Sequence record: PZ496581.1
Source: a phage
Direction: 5' to 3' (one strand)
Length of the DNA: 64,000 nucleotides
This document shows, one piece after another, positions 1 to 12,250 of the stretch (position 1 is the stretch's first letter; each line of letters begins with the position of its first letter). The notes beneath the pieces are model-generated. The model did not search any database. It was not told where the DNA came from and was given only the letters and a program-made list of their open reading frames with translations. The position numbers and the translations under genes were made by a program.

Positions 1-1839
<1,839 letters not shown>

Positions 1840-1866
1840 AAATAAAGCAAATTAAGAGGAATTAAA

Positions 1867-3849
1867 ATGGCACTTCTCTCTCCGGGCGTTGAGCTCAAAG
1901 AAACTACCGTACAGAGTACTGTAGTTAATAACTCCACTGGTACTGCTGCCCTGGCTGGAAAATTCCAATGGGGACCTGCATTCCAGATTAAACAAATCAC
2001 TGATGAAGTTGCATTGGTTGATATGTTTGGTGCTCCTAATACGGATACAGCAGATTATTTCATGTCTGCTATGAACTTCCTTCAATATGGTAATGACCTT
2101 CGTGTTGTACGCGCAGTTGATCGTGATGCTGCTAAGAACTCATCTCCTGTAGCAGGCAATATTGAATTCACAATCTCTGCTGCTGGTAGTAACTATGCAG
2201 TTGGTGATAAAATTATCGTTAAGTATTTGACCGAAACTGTTGAAGCAGATGGTTATGTCACTTCAGTTGATGTCGATGGTAAAATTCGTAACATTTATAT
2301 CCCAACCGGTAAAATTATTGCTCGTGCAAAAGAAATTAATGAATATCCGGCATTGGGTTCTAACTGGACCGCCGAAGTTGCCAGTTCTTCTTCTGGTCTC
2401 TCTGGCGTTATTACAATTGGTTCTATCGTAACCGATTCGGGTATTCTGTTAACTGAAGTTGAAACTTCTGAAGAAGCTATTACTTCTCTAACTTTCCAAG
2501 AATCTATTAAAAAATATGGTGTCCCAGGCGTAGTTGCTCTTTATCCTGGTGAACTTGGCGACCAGCTCGAAATTGAAATCGTATCTAAAGCAGACTATGA
2601 CAAAGGTGCTTCAGCCCAGTTAAAAATTTATCCTGATGGTGGTACTCGTGCATCTACTGCTAAAGCAATCTTTGGGTATGGCCCACAAACTGATGACCAA
2701 TATGCAATTATCGTTCGTCGTAACGATGCTGTAGTTCAGAGCGTAGTTCTTTCTACTAAACGTGGTGAACGCGATATTTATGGTAGTAATATCTTTATTG
2801 ATGATTTCTTTGCTAAAGGCGCAAGCAATTATATTTTCGCTACTGCACAAGGTTGGCCAAAAGGTTTCTCTGGCGTAATCAAACTGGGCGGCGGCTTATC
2901 ATCTAATGAAACGGTTGACGCTGGTGATTTAATGGAAGCTTGGGATTTGTTTGCTGACCGCGAATCTGTTAATGCGCAGTTGTTTATTGCCGGTTCTTGT
3001 GCAGGTGAATCTTTAGAAGTTGCTTCTACAGTTCAGAAACATGTTGTAGCAATTGGTGATTCTCGCCAAGATTGTTTGGTTCTTTGCTCACCACCACGTG
3101 CAACTATAGTCGGTATTCCTGTTAATCGTGCAGTTGATAATCTGGTTGATTGGCGTACTGCGTCAGGAACTTACACTGATAATAACTTTAATGTAAGTTC
3201 TACTTATGCTGCTATTGACGGTAACTATAAATATCAATATGACAAATATAATGATGTGAATCGTTGGGTTCCATTAGCCGCTGATATCGCTGGTCTTTGT
3301 GCTCGCACAGACAATATTTCTCAGCCTTGGATGTCTCCAGCCGGTTATAACCGTGGACAAATTCTTAACGTTATTAAGCTTGCAATTGAAACTCGCCAAG
3401 CGCAGCGTGATCGTTTGTACCAGGAAGCTATTAACCCTGTTACTGGTACAGGTGGTGATGGGTATGTTCTGTACGGTGATAAAACTGCCACTTCTGTTCC
3501 TTCACCATTTGACCGTATTAACGTTCGTCGTTTGTTCAATATGGTTAAAACGAACATTGGTTCAGCATCTAAATATCGCCTGTTTGAATTGAACAACGCA
3601 TTTACCCGTTCTTCTTTCCGTACAGAGACTTCTCAATATCTACAGGGTATTAAAGCTCTTGGTGGTGTATATAACTTTAAAGTTGTTTGTGATACTACCA
3701 ATAACACCCCAGCAGTTATCGACCGTAATGAATTTGTAGCTACTTTCTACTTACAACCTGCGAGATCGATAAATTATATTACGTTGAACTTTGTAGCAAC
3801 AGCAACGGGTGCCGATTTCGACGAACTAATTGGTGCTGTAGGTGCCTAA
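1867..3849 (+). CDS. 18: Contractile tail sheath protein gp18
   Basis: 660 aa ORF, size and N-terminus (MALLSPGVELKET) match T4 gp18; position after gene 17. Confidence 0.95.
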   Translation: MALLSPGVELKETTVQSTVVNNSTGTAALAGKFQWGPAFQIKQITDEVALVDMFGAPNTDTADYFMSAMNFLQYGNDLRVVRAVDRDAAKNSSPVAGNIEFTISAAGSNYAVGDKIIVKYLTETVEADGYVTSVDVDGKIRNIYIPTGKIIARAKEINEYPALGSNWTAEVASSSSGLSGVITIGSIVTDSGILLTEVETSEEAITSLTFQESIKKYGVPGVVALYPGELGDQLEIEIVSKADYDKGASAQLKIYPDGGTRASTAKAIFGYGPQTDDQYAIIVRRNDAVVQSVVLSTKRGERDIYGSNIFIDDFFAKGASNYIFATAQGWPKGFSGVIKLGGGLSSNETVDAGDLMEAWDLFADRESVNAQLFIAGSCAGESLEVASTVQKHVVAIGDSRQDCLVLCSPPRATIVGIPVNRAVDNLVDWRTASGTYTDNNFNVSSTYAAIDGNYKYQYDKYNDVNRWVPLAADIAGLCARTDNISQPWMSPAGYNRGQILNVIKLAIETRQAQRDRLYQEAINPVTGTGGDGYVLYGDKTATSVPSPFDRINVRRLFNMVKTNIGSASKYRLFELNNAFTRSSFRTETSQYLQGIKALGGVYNFKVVCDTTNNTPAVIDRNEFVATFYLQPARSINYITLNFVATATGADFDELIGAVGA

Positions 3850-3859
3850 TAAGACGCCT

Positions 3860-3881
3860 GATGGGCTATTTCGGTAGCCCA
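3860..3881 (+). other. Intercistronic stem-loop between genes 18 and 19
   Basis: atgggcta-tttcgg-tagcccat inverted repeat (8 bp stem) immediately before the late promoter of gene 19. Confidence 0.5.
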
Positions 3882-3889
3882 TATAAATA
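3882..3889 (+). promoter_or_regulatory. Late promoter TATAAATA upstream of gene 19
   Basis: Exact TATAAATA in the 18-19 intergenic region. Confidence 0.7.
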
Positions 3890-3961
3890 TACTATATCGT
3901 TTAAAAATTAATTCTATGGGCATCCGGTTAATCCTAAGCCCATATTACTACAGAGGCTAAT

Positions 3962-4453
3962 ATGTTTGTAGATGACGTAACTCGTGCCTTCGAATCAGGT
4001 GATTTCGCTCGCCCTAACCTGTTCGAAGTAGAAATCTCTTATCTTGGGCAAAACTTTAGCTTCCAGTGTCGTGCTACGGCTCTTCCTGCTGCGATTGTTG
4101 AAAAGGTTCCTGTTTCTTATATGAACCGTAAAATTAACGTGGCCGGTGATCGTACATTCGATGATTGGACTATTACAGTAATGAACGATGATGCTCATAG
4201 CATTCGTCAGAAATTTGTTGATTGGCAAGGTATTGCAGCAGGACAAGGTAATGAAATTACCGGTGGTAAACCTGCTGAATATAAAAAGTCTGCTATCGTT
4301 CGTCAATTTGCTCGTGATGCTAAAACGGTCACTAAAGAAGTTGAAATTGTCGGCTTGTGGCCTACTAACGTTGGTGAAGTATCTCTTGATTGGGATTCGA
4401 ATAACGAGATTGAAACGTTCGAAGTAACTCTTGCTCTTGATTGGTGGGAATAA
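3962..4453 (+). CDS. 19: Tail tube protein gp19
   Basis: 163 aa ORF, size and position match T4 gp19. Confidence 0.92.
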   Translation: MFVDDVTRAFESGDFARPNLFEVEISYLGQNFSFQCRATALPAAIVEKVPVSYMNRKINVAGDRTFDDWTITVMNDDAHSIRQKFVDWQGIAAGQGNEITGGKPAEYKKSAIVRQFARDAKTVTKEVEIVGLWPTNVGEVSLDWDSNNEIETFEVTLALDWWE

Positions 4454-4501
4454 TCTGGTTGGGGAGAAATCCCCAGCTTCCCGTGATGACGGAGAAGTCC
4501 A

Positions 4502-4509
4502 TATAAATA
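4502..4509 (+). promoter_or_regulatory. Late promoter TATAAATA upstream of gene 20
   Basis: Exact TATAAATA about 28 nt upstream of the gene 20 ATG; preceded by ggggagaaatcccc hairpin at about 4471-4484. Confidence 0.7.
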
Positions 4510-4537
4510 TAACTATAATTCCCATTCGGAGAATACA

Positions 4538-6109
4538 ATGAAATTTAATATCTTAAGTTTGTTTGCTCCATGGGCAAAAATGGACGAACGTGATTACAAA
4601 GACCAAGAAAAAGAAAATTTAGAATCTATCACCGCACCAAAATTAGACGACGGCGCTAAAGAATACGAAGTATCTGAAAATGAAGCACAGCAAACATATA
4701 ATGCTATGTTTCAGAGAATGTTCGGTAGTCAAGAACCAGGGCTCAAATCAACCCGTGAATTAATCGATACGTATCGAAATTTGATGACGAACTATGAAGT
4801 GGATAATGCAGTCTCTGAAATAGTTTCCGATGCTATCGTGTATGAAGATGATACAGAAGTCGTTTCTATAAATTTAGACAACACAAAATTTAGTCCAAAT
4901 ATCAAATCAATGATGTTGGATGAATTTAACGAAGTGTTGAATCATTTATCTTTCCAACGTAAAGGTTCAGATCATTTTAGACGTTGGTATGTGGATTCTC
5001 GAATTTTCTTCCATAAAATTATTGACCCTAAACGCCCTAAAGAAGGTATTAAAGAGCTTCGTCGTTTAGACCCACGTCAAGTTCAATATGTCCGTGAAGT
5101 TATTACAACCACTGAAGCCGGTGTTAAAATAGTCAAGGGTTATAAAGAATATTTCATTTATGACACATCACACGAATCTTATGCTTGTGATGGTCGCATA
5201 TATGAAGCGGGCACAAAAATAAAAATCCCTAAAGCCGCGATTGTTTACGCCCATTCTGGTTTAGTTGATTGTTGTGGTAAAAATATCATCGGTTATTTGC
5301 ATCGGGCTATTAAGCCAGCGAACCAATTAAAACTTCTTGAAGATGCTGTCGTAATTTATCGTATTACTCGTGCTCCCGATCGTCGTGTATGGTACGTTGA
5401 TACAGGTAATATGCCTTCAAGAAAAGCAGCAGAACATATGCAACATGTTATGAATACGATGAAAAACCGTATTGCATATGATGCTACTACAGGCAAGATT
5501 AAAAACCAACAGCATATTATGTCGATGACCGAAGATTATTGGTTACAACGACGTGATGGTAAAGCAGTAACAGAAGTTGATACATTACCAGGTGCAGATA
5601 ATACCGGAAATATGGAAGATGTACGTTGGTTCCGTAATGCGCTTTATATGGCTTTACGTATTCCTATTACCCGTATTCCAAGTGACCAAGGTGGTATACA
5701 GTTTGATGCTGGTACTTCTATTACACGAGATGAATTATCATTTGGTAAATTTATTCGTGAGCTGCAACATAAATTTGAAGAGATATTCCTAGACCCGCTT
5801 AAAACTAATTTAATTCTTAAAGGAATTATTACAGAAGATGAGTGGAATGATGAAATAAATAATATTAAGACAAAATTTCATCGGGATAGTTATTTCTCGG
5901 AATTAAAGGATGCTGAGATTCTGGAGCGTCGCATTAATATGCTTCAGATGGCCGAACCATTTATTGGTAAATATATTTCTCACAGAACAGCTATGAAAGA
6001 TATTCTTCAGATGTCTGACGAGGAAATTGAACAAGAGGCTAAGCAAATTGAAGAAGAGTCGAAAGAGGCTCGTTTCCAAGACCCCGACCAAGAACAAGAG
6101 GATTTTTAA
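4538..6109 (+). CDS. 20: Portal vertex protein gp20
   Basis: 523 aa ORF; T4 gp20 is 524 aa; conserved synteny. Confidence 0.95.
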   Translation: MKFNILSLFAPWAKMDERDYKDQEKENLESITAPKLDDGAKEYEVSENEAQQTYNAMFQRMFGSQEPGLKSTRELIDTYRNLMTNYEVDNAVSEIVSDAIVYEDDTEVVSINLDNTKFSPNIKSMMLDEFNEVLNHLSFQRKGSDHFRRWYVDSRIFFHKIIDPKRPKEGIKELRRLDPRQVQYVREVITTTEAGVKIVKGYKEYFIYDTSHESYACDGRIYEAGTKIKIPKAAIVYAHSGLVDCCGKNIIGYLHRAIKPANQLKLLEDAVVIYRITRAPDRRVWYVDTGNMPSRKAAEHMQHVMNTMKNRIAYDATTGKIKNQQHIMSMTEDYWLQRRDGKAVTEVDTLPGADNTGNMEDVRWFRNALYMALRIPITRIPSDQGGIQFDAGTSITRDELSFGKFIRELQHKFEEIFLDPLKTNLILKGIITEDEWNDEINNIKTKFHRDSYFSELKDAEILERRINMLQMAEPFIGKYISHRTAMKDILQMSDEEIEQEAKQIEEESKEARFQDPDQEQEDF

Positions 6110-6345
6110 TGGACGATTTAATTCAAGCTATTAAATCAAACGACCTCGTTGCTACTCGAAAGTTTTTTGAAAGTGCAATGGCAGAAAAAACGGTTCGTTT
6201 GATTGAAGCACGCAAAGCAGAAATCGCTTCTCAATTTTTGATTGAAGGCGAAGAACCTGAAGAAGAAAAGAAAGCTAAAGCTTCGGAAGACGACGCTGAT
6301 GAAGGCGATGACGACGAAGACGAAGATGATGAGGACGATGAATAA
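6109..6345 (+). CDS. 67: Prohead core protein gp67 (acidic C-terminal tail)
   Basis: 78 aa ORF ending in a poly-D/E tail, start overlaps gene 20 stop; matches T4 gene 67 position and size. Confidence 0.85.
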   Translation: MDDLIQAIKSNDLVATRKFFESAMAEKTVRLIEARKAEIASQFLIEGEEPEEEKKAKASEDDADEGDDDEDEDDEDDE

Positions 6346-6770
6346 TGTATCTTATCCCTGAATCTTATGAATTGGTACTCGAAAATGTCGAAGCACTTAT
6401 TCCTGAAGCACAGGGCCGAATCGATGCATTGTCTTCTGCTCTCGATATTGACGATATAAATACTATTATCGAGAACATGCTTGAAACTGAAACGGATTTA
6501 GCTGTTGCAATGGCTTCCATTATTAATGAAGAACAGTTAAATGAGTTTATCGTTAAACATGTTTCTTCTCGTGGTGAAGTTACCCGCACTAAAGACCGTA
6601 AAACTCGTGAACGTAACGCGTTCCAAACCACTGGTCTTTCTAAAGCAAAACGTAGACAAATCGCTCGTAAGGTCGTTAAAGCTAAAAAAGCTAACCCTTC
6701 AGGCCAAGTTAAAGGCTTGCGTAAGCGTAAAAAGGCTCTTAAACGTCGTAAAGCATTAGGATTAAGCTAA
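6345..6770 (+). CDS. 68: Prohead core protein gp68
   Basis: 141 aa ORF with basic C-terminus, start/stop overlap with neighbours; T4 gp68 is 141 aa. Confidence 0.85.
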   Translation: MYLIPESYELVLENVEALIPEAQGRIDALSSALDIDDINTIIENMLETETDLAVAMASIINEEQLNEFIVKHVSSRGEVTRTKDRKTRERNAFQTTGLSKAKRRQIARKVVKAKKANPSGQVKGLRKRKKALKRRKALGLS

Positions 6771-7411
6771 TGAATAAACCCGAGTTACTTATTGAAACTT
6801 GGGGTCAACCCGGTGAGATTATTGATGGCGTTCCAATGTTGGAATCTCATGATGGAAAAGATTCTGGCTTAAAACCAGGGCTTTATATAGAAGGTATTTT
6901 TCTTCAGGCAGAGGTTGTTAACCGAAATAAACGTTTATATCCTAAACGCGTTTTGGAAAAAGCAGTAAGTGACTATATTAAAGAACAAGTCGCAACCAAA
7001 CAAGCCCTTGGAGAATTAAACCATCCACCTCGCGCAAATGTTGACCCTATGCAAGCCGCTATCATTATTGAAGATATGTGGTGGAAAGGAAACGATGTAT
7101 ATGGACGCGCTAGAATTATTGAAGGTGACCATGGTCCCGGCGATAAATTAGCTGCTAATATACGAGCTGGTTGGATTCCAGGTGTTTCCTCTCGTGGTCT
7201 TGGTTCTTTAACCGACTCCAATAAAGGGTACCGTATCGTGAACGAAGGATTTAAATTAACCGTCGGCGTAGATGCCGTATGGGGACCTTCTGCTCCAGAT
7301 GCTTGGGTTACTCCTAAACAAATATCAGAATCAGAAAATTCGGTGGAAATCACCAAAAACAGTGCTGACGAAGCATTTAAAGCTCTCGCAGAGAGTTTAA
7401 AAGCATTATAA
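6770..7411 (+). CDS. 21: Prohead core scaffold protease gp21
   Basis: 213 aa ORF; T4 gp21 is 212 aa; position between 68 and 22. Confidence 0.93.
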   Translation: MNKPELLIETWGQPGEIIDGVPMLESHDGKDSGLKPGLYIEGIFLQAEVVNRNKRLYPKRVLEKAVSDYIKEQVATKQALGELNHPPRANVDPMQAAIIIEDMWWKGNDVYGRARIIEGDHGPGDKLAANIRAGWIPGVSSRGLGSLTDSNKGYRIVNEGFKLTVGVDAVWGPSAPDAWVTPKQISESENSVEITKNSADEAFKALAESLKAL

Positions 7412-7414
7412 ATA
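7407..7414 (+). promoter_or_regulatory. Late promoter TATAAATA upstream of gene 22
   Basis: Exact TATAAATA overlapping the gene 21 stop region, about 30 nt upstream of the gene 22 ATG. Confidence 0.65.
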
Positions 7415-7444
7415 ATAATGTAATCTAAACCACAGGACACTAAA

Positions 7445-8257
7445 ATGATCAAAGAACAACTTTTGAAAGAAGCTCAGAACATCGAGACTTCAGTTGCTCT
7501 TAATAGTGTTTTCGAATCAGTAGAACTGTCTCCGGACGTTAAAGCTAATTTCAGCACTGTATTCGAAGCCACCGTTAAGCAGGAAGCAGTCAAACTGGCT
7601 GAATCTCATATCAAAGCTATCGCCGAAAAAGCCGAAGAAGAAGTTGAAAAGGCTAAAGAAGATGCTGAAGAGAAAGCTGATAAAAAATTGGCTGAACAAG
7701 CTTCTAAATTCCTAGACCATCTTGCAAAAGAATGGCTCGCAGAAAACCAAATCGCAGTTGATAAAGGCATTAAAGCTGATTTGTTCGAATCCATGCTTGG
7801 TGGTCTGAAAGAACTGTTTGTTGAACATAACGTTGTTGTTCCAGAAGAATCTGTAGATGTTGTAGCAGAAATGGAAGAAGAGCTGGCCGAACATAAAGAA
7901 GAAACCGCTCGATTGTTCGAAGAAGTTACCAAACGTGATGCATATATCAATTACGTTCAGCGTGAAACCGCTATTAATGAAAGCGTAAAAGACCTGACTG
8001 AATCTCAGAAAGAAAAAGTTATTGGCCTGGTTGAAGGTATGGATTATTCTGACGCATTTGGTACTAAGTTAACTGCTATTGTAGAAATGGTTAAAGGTTC
8101 TACTAAAGAAGAAGCCGCTATTACCGAAAGTATAAATACAGTTGACAATGACGCTGCCGGTCTTAATTTTGTTGCCGAAGCAGTTGACACTACCACAACT
8201 CAGGTAGAACAGAATTCTAATGTAAGTTTATATGCGAAAGTCGCATCTCGTTTCTAA
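7445..8257 (+). CDS. 22: Prohead core scaffold protein gp22
   Basis: 270 aa highly acidic, helix-rich ORF; T4 gp22 is 269 aa. Confidence 0.93.
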   Translation: MIKEQLLKEAQNIETSVALNSVFESVELSPDVKANFSTVFEATVKQEAVKLAESHIKAIAEKAEEEVEKAKEDAEEKADKKLAEQASKFLDHLAKEWLAENQIAVDKGIKADLFESMLGGLKELFVEHNVVVPEESVDVVAEMEEELAEHKEETARLFEEVTKRDAYINYVQRETAINESVKDLTESQKEKVIGLVEGMDYSDAFGTKLTAIVEMVKGSTKEEAAITESINTVDNDAAGLNFVAEAVDTTTTQVEQNSNVSLYAKVASRF

Positions 8258-8274
8258 TTTAAAGGTTAACACAA

Positions 8275-9843
8275 ATGACTACTATCAAAACTAAAGCTCA
8301 GCTCGTAGACAAATGGAAAGAACTGCTGGAAGGTGAAGGCCTGCCGGAAATCGCTAATAGCAAGCAGGCTATTATCGCTAAAATCTTCGAAAACCAGGAA
8401 AAAGATTTCGAAGTATCCCCTGAATATAAAGACGAGAAAATCGCTCAGGCATTTGGTTCTTTCTTGACCGAAGCTGAAATTGGTGGTGACCACGGTTATA
8501 ATGCTCAGAACATCGCAGCAGGTCAAACCTCTGGTGCAGTAACCCAGATTGGGCCAGCAGTTATGGGTATGGTTCGTCGTGCTATTCCTAATCTGATCGC
8601 TTTTGATATTTGTGGTGTTCAGCCTATGAACAGCCCTACCGGTCAGGTATTTGCTCTCCGTGCAGTATATGGTAAAGACCCTATCGCTGCTGGCGCTAAA
8701 GAAGCTTTCCATCCGATGTATGCTCCAGACGCGATGTTCTCTGGTCAGGGTGCTGCTAAGAAATTCCCAGCTCTGGCTGCTAGCACACAAACCACAGTAG
8801 GTGATATCTATACTCACTTCTTCCAGGAAACTGGTACTGTATATCTGCAAGCTTCTGTTCAAGTAACAATCGATGCTAGTGCGACTGATGCTGCTAAATT
8901 AGATGCCGAAGTTAAGAAACAAATGGAAGCTGGTGCACTGGTAGAAATCGCTGAAGGTATGGCTACTTCTATCGCTGAACTCCAGGAAGGTTTCAACGGT
9001 TCTACCGACAACCCGTGGAACGAAATGGGCTTCCGTATCGATAAACAAGTTATCGAAGCTAAATCTCGTCAGCTGAAAGCAGCTTACTCCATCGAATTGG
9101 CACAAGACCTCCGTGCAGTACACGGTATGGATGCTGATGCTGAACTGAGCGGTATTCTGGCTACAGAAATTATGCTAGAAATCAACCGTGAAGTTGTTGA
9201 TTGGATTAACTACTCAGCACAGGTCGGTAAATCTGGTATGACCCTGACTCCGGGTTCTAAAGCTGGTGTATTTGACTTCCAGGATCCGATTGATATCCGT
9301 GGTGCTCGTTGGGCCGGTGAAAGCTTTAAATCTCTGTTGTTCCAGATTGATAAAGAAGCAGTTGAAATTGCTCGTCAAACCGGTCGTGGTGAAGGTAACT
9401 TCATTATCGCTTCCCGTAACGTAGTTAACGTACTGGCTTCAGTTGATACTGGTATTTCTTACGCTGCACAGGGTCTGGCTTCTGGTTTTAATACCGACAC
9501 TACTAAGTCTGTATTTGCCGGTGTACTTGGTGGTAAATACCGCGTATACATCGACCAGTATGCTAAACAGGATTACTTCACCGTTGGTTACAAAGGCGCT
9601 AACGAAATGGACGCAGGTATTTACTATGCTCCTTACGTTGCACTTACCCCACTGCGTGGTTCCGATCCTAAGAACTTCCAGCCGGTAATGGGCTTTAAAA
9701 CTCGTTACGGTATCGGTGTTAACCCGTTTGCTGAAAGTTCCCTGCAGGCTCCAGGTGCTCGCATCCAGTCCGGTATGCCGTCTATCCTGAACAGCCTTGG
9801 TAAGAACGCTTACTTTAGACGCGTCTACGTTAAAGGAATTTAA
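8275..9843 (+). CDS. 23: Major capsid protein gp23
   Basis: 522 aa ORF; N-terminus and length match T4 gp23 (521 aa). Confidence 0.97.
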   Translation: MTTIKTKAQLVDKWKELLEGEGLPEIANSKQAIIAKIFENQEKDFEVSPEYKDEKIAQAFGSFLTEAEIGGDHGYNAQNIAAGQTSGAVTQIGPAVMGMVRRAIPNLIAFDICGVQPMNSPTGQVFALRAVYGKDPIAAGAKEAFHPMYAPDAMFSGQGAAKKFPALAASTQTTVGDIYTHFFQETGTVYLQASVQVTIDASATDAAKLDAEVKKQMEAGALVEIAEGMATSIAELQEGFNGSTDNPWNEMGFRIDKQVIEAKSRQLKAAYSIELAQDLRAVHGMDADAELSGILATEIMLEINREVVDWINYSAQVGKSGMTLTPGSKAGVFDFQDPIDIRGARWAGESFKSLLFQIDKEAVEIARQTGRGEGNFIIASRNVVNVLASVDTGISYAAQGLASGFNTDTTKSVFAGVLGGKYRVYIDQYAKQDYFTVGYKGANEMDAGIYYAPYVALTPLRGSDPKNFQPVMGFKTRYGIGVNPFAESSLQAPGARIQSGMPSILNSLGKNAYFRRVYVKGI

Positions 9844-9872
9844 TGCTTTAACGTTAAAATACATAACCTTAT

Positions 9873-9890
9873 GGGAGACTCCGGTCTCCC
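9873..9890 (+). terminator. Rho-independent terminator after gene 23
   Basis: gggagac-tccg-gtctccc hairpin followed by a T-rich tract, 30 nt after the gene 23 stop; convergent with the minus-strand HEG. Confidence 0.8.
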
Positions 9891-9900
9891 ATTCTTGTTT

Positions 9901-10560
9901 CTATAGCTTAAAACAATCATCGCGTTCATTAATCCAATTTCTTATAGTTTTTGCGGATACGTTAAAGAATTCGGCAGCGTAATCGTAGTGGTTAAATTCA
10001 TGACCTTTAATAGAAATATCCACAAATACAAATTTCTTACCTTTATTAGAATTCTTTCTAATTTTTGCTTTATGCTCTTCTGATAGTTTTCTACCTTTAA
10101 GATGAGAATCTCTATTTTTATAAAACTTTTTATTTGCTATAGATTTGTTTTCTCGATGTTCTTTAGATTCTTTAGAACCTAATTTCTTTTTAGATATTTT
10201 GGCCCGAACTTCTTCAGTCATACCAGCTTTTGTCTTTTCGGATAACATCTCACGATACCCAGGTTCCTGTAAAGCTACTATAACAGGATTACCCTTGCCG
10301 CCTAAGGCTGCATTATAAGTATCTGTTCTCATGACAAAAGCCTCGTCAACTAGTTCGGCTTCCTTAGCATACATCTCTTCAGATGTTTCGAAATTGAAAA
10401 GGATTTCCTTTTTAAAATTCTCTAAGCCGTATTTCTTTATGGATTTTACTATGTTAACCCCGGAACCCATATAAGAATCGTTAACATCTGTAGTGGCATG
10501 GGCTCCAACATAAATCTTGTTATTAATGAGATTGGTTATTTTGTAAATTAAATAATTCAT
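9901..10560 (-). CDS. GIY-YIG homing endonuclease, seg-type (segD-like position)
   Basis: 219 aa ORF with N-terminal GIY-YIG motifs (YLIYKITN..KIYVGAH.., NAALGGKGN) and basic C-terminal region; sits between genes 23 and 24 as segD does in T4. Confidence 0.85.
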   Translation of the reverse strand: MNYLIYKITNLINNKIYVGAHATTDVNDSYMGSGVNIVKSIKKYGLENFKKEILFNFETSEEMYAKEAELVDEAFVMRTDTYNAALGGKGNPVIVALQEPGYREMLSEKTKAGMTEEVRAKISKKKLGSKESKEHRENKSIANKKFYKNRDSHLKGRKLSEEHKAKIRKNSNKGKKFVFVDISIKGHEFNHYDYAAEFFNVSAKTIRNWINERDDCFKL

Positions 10561-10563
10561 ATT

Positions 10564-10830
10564 TTACGCTGCTTTGACACGACGGTTGATGATATCACGG
10601 AAGTCAATACGATTTTCTTGGATTTTCAGCCAGTTACCAGATTTGTCTTTGGTATGGGTAGAATATTCACCGTTCCACCAGAAGTCAGTTTCATAAGCCA
10701 GGGCTTCGTATTTCTTAACCAATGCATTAACTGCATTACCGTTAGGATTGGTACCAAATTTTTCTACCAGAGCTTTGATGTCTTTGTCAAGGTTAGAAAG
10801 TGTGGTACGGATAAAGTTTAATTTGTTCAT
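10564..10830 (-). CDS. Hypothetical small protein (88 aa), early gene
   Basis: ORF with SD GAGGAG 8 nt upstream of ATG (MNKLNF..); own early-promoter cassette upstream; its stop lies 3 nt before the HEG start. Confidence 0.6.
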   Translation of the reverse strand: MNKLNFIRTTLSNLDKDIKALVEKFGTNPNGNAVNALVKKYEALAYETDFWWNGEYSTHTKDKSGNWLKIQENRIDFRDIINRRVKAA

Positions 10831-10854
10831 TTTTAATCTCCTCATGTTTTGATA

Positions 10855-10890
10855 GGTCTATATTAACACGACGCTTTTTGTGTGTAAACC
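10855..10890 (-). promoter_or_regulatory. Early promoter cassette (GTTTAC-N17-TAATAT)
   Basis: Minus-strand GTTTAC with 17 nt spacer to TAATAT, then conserved leader ..AGACCTATCAAAACATGAGGAG. Confidence 0.65.
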
Positions 10891-10895
10891 ACTTT

Positions 10896-10903
10896 TATAA
10901 ATA
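10896..10903 (+). promoter_or_regulatory. Late promoter TATAAATA upstream of gene 24
   Basis: Exact TATAAATA about 30 nt upstream of the gene 24 ATG, followed by SD AAGGAAA. Confidence 0.7.
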
Positions 10904-10933
10904 AAATTATATTCTCAATAAGGAAAAAATGCA

Positions 10934-12214
10934 ATGAGTAAAATCCAAAAATTATTGCGTGAATCTACAACGTCTACTAGCAACTCAATTGGTCGCCCAA
11001 ATCTCGTTGCTTTGACTCGCGCTACGACTAAATTAATATATTCTGACATTGTAGCAACACAAAGAACTAATCAACCTGTTGCTGCTTTTTATGGTATCAA
11101 ATATCTTAACCCAGATAACGAATTCACATTTAAAACTGGTGCTACTTATGCTGGCGAAGTTGGATATGTAGACCGAGAAAAAATTACTGAACTCACAGAA
11201 GAATCAAAAGTCACACTAAATAAAGGCGATTTTTTCAAATATAATAATATCGTCTATAAAGTGTTAGAAGATGCACCATTTGCAGATATTCAAGAAAGTG
11301 ATCTAGAATTAGCTCTTCAGATTGCAGTCGTTCATTTAAAGGTACGGTTATTTTCAGATGCAGCAGTAACAAGCAAATTTGAAAGCTCTGGTAGCGAAAT
11401 TTCTGATGCAAGATTCCAGATTAATAAATGGCAAACTTCTGTCAAATCTCGTAAACTTAAAACTGGCCTCACAGTTGAATTAGCGCAAGATTTGGAAGCG
11501 AATGGATTTGATGCCCCTAACTTCTTAGAAGATTTGCTTGCAACTGAAATGGCAGATGAAATTAATAAAGATATTCTTCAGTCTTTAATTACTGTATCGA
11601 AACGTTATAAAGTTACTGGAATTACTGACACCGGATTTATTGACTTGAGCTATGCATCCGCTCCAGAAGCAGGTCGTTCATTATATCGAATGGTGTGTGA
11701 AATGGTATCACACATTCAAAAAGAGACAACTTATACTGCAACGTTTTGTGTAGCCTCAGCTCGTGCAGCTGCTATTCTTGCTGCTTCTGGTTGGTTAAAA
11801 CATAAGCCGGAAGATGACAAGTATCTTTCACAAAATGCTTATGGATTCTTGGCAAATGGATTACCTCTTTACTGCGATACCAACAGTCCGTTAGATTATG
11901 TTGTTGTGGGTGTTGTAGAAAATATCGGCGAAAAAGAAATTGTAGGGTCCATCTTTTATGCTCCATACACTGAAGGAGTAGATTTAGATGACCCGGAACA
12001 TGTTGGTGCATTTAAAGTTGTAGTTGATCCAGAAAGCTTGCAACCGTCTATTGGATTATTGGTTAGATATGCTTTATCAGCAAATCCTTACACAGTAGCA
12101 AAAGATGAAAAAGAAGCGAGAATAATTGATGGCGGGGACATGGATAAAATGGCAGGACGTTCAGACTTGTCTGTTTTACTCGGTGTTAAATTGCCTAAAA
12201 TTATTATAGATTAA
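10934..12214 (+). CDS. 24: Capsid vertex protein gp24
   Basis: 426 aa ORF; gp23-paralogous fold region; T4 gp24 is 427 aa. Confidence 0.93.
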   Translation: MSKIQKLLRESTTSTSNSIGRPNLVALTRATTKLIYSDIVATQRTNQPVAAFYGIKYLNPDNEFTFKTGATYAGEVGYVDREKITELTEESKVTLNKGDFFKYNNIVYKVLEDAPFADIQESDLELALQIAVVHLKVRLFSDAAVTSKFESSGSEISDARFQINKWQTSVKSRKLKTGLTVELAQDLEANGFDAPNFLEDLLATEMADEINKDILQSLITVSKRYKVTGITDTGFIDLSYASAPEAGRSLYRMVCEMVSHIQKETTYTATFCVASARAAAILAASGWLKHKPEDDKYLSQNAYGFLANGLPLYCDTNSPLDYVVVGVVENIGEKEIVGSIFYAPYTEGVDLDDPEHVGAFKVVVDPESLQPSIGLLVRYALSANPYTVAKDEKEARIIDGGDMDKMAGRSDLSVLLGVKLPKIIID

Positions 12215-12249
12215 TAAAAAAAAAAGGGACCTTACGGTCCCTTTTTTTC
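12215..12249. terminator. Bidirectional rho-independent terminator
   Basis: A-run, then gggacc-ttac-ggtccc hairpin, then T7 run; lies between convergent gene 24 (+) and rnlB (-). Confidence 0.85.
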
Positions 12250-12250
12250 G

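Noticed and set aside
6973-8862. Minus-strand ORFs (159, 114, 198 aa) inside genes 21, 22 and 23
   Set aside because: They are antisense to highly conserved capsid assembly genes and have low-complexity Ser/Phe-rich translations; judged to be chance ORFs.
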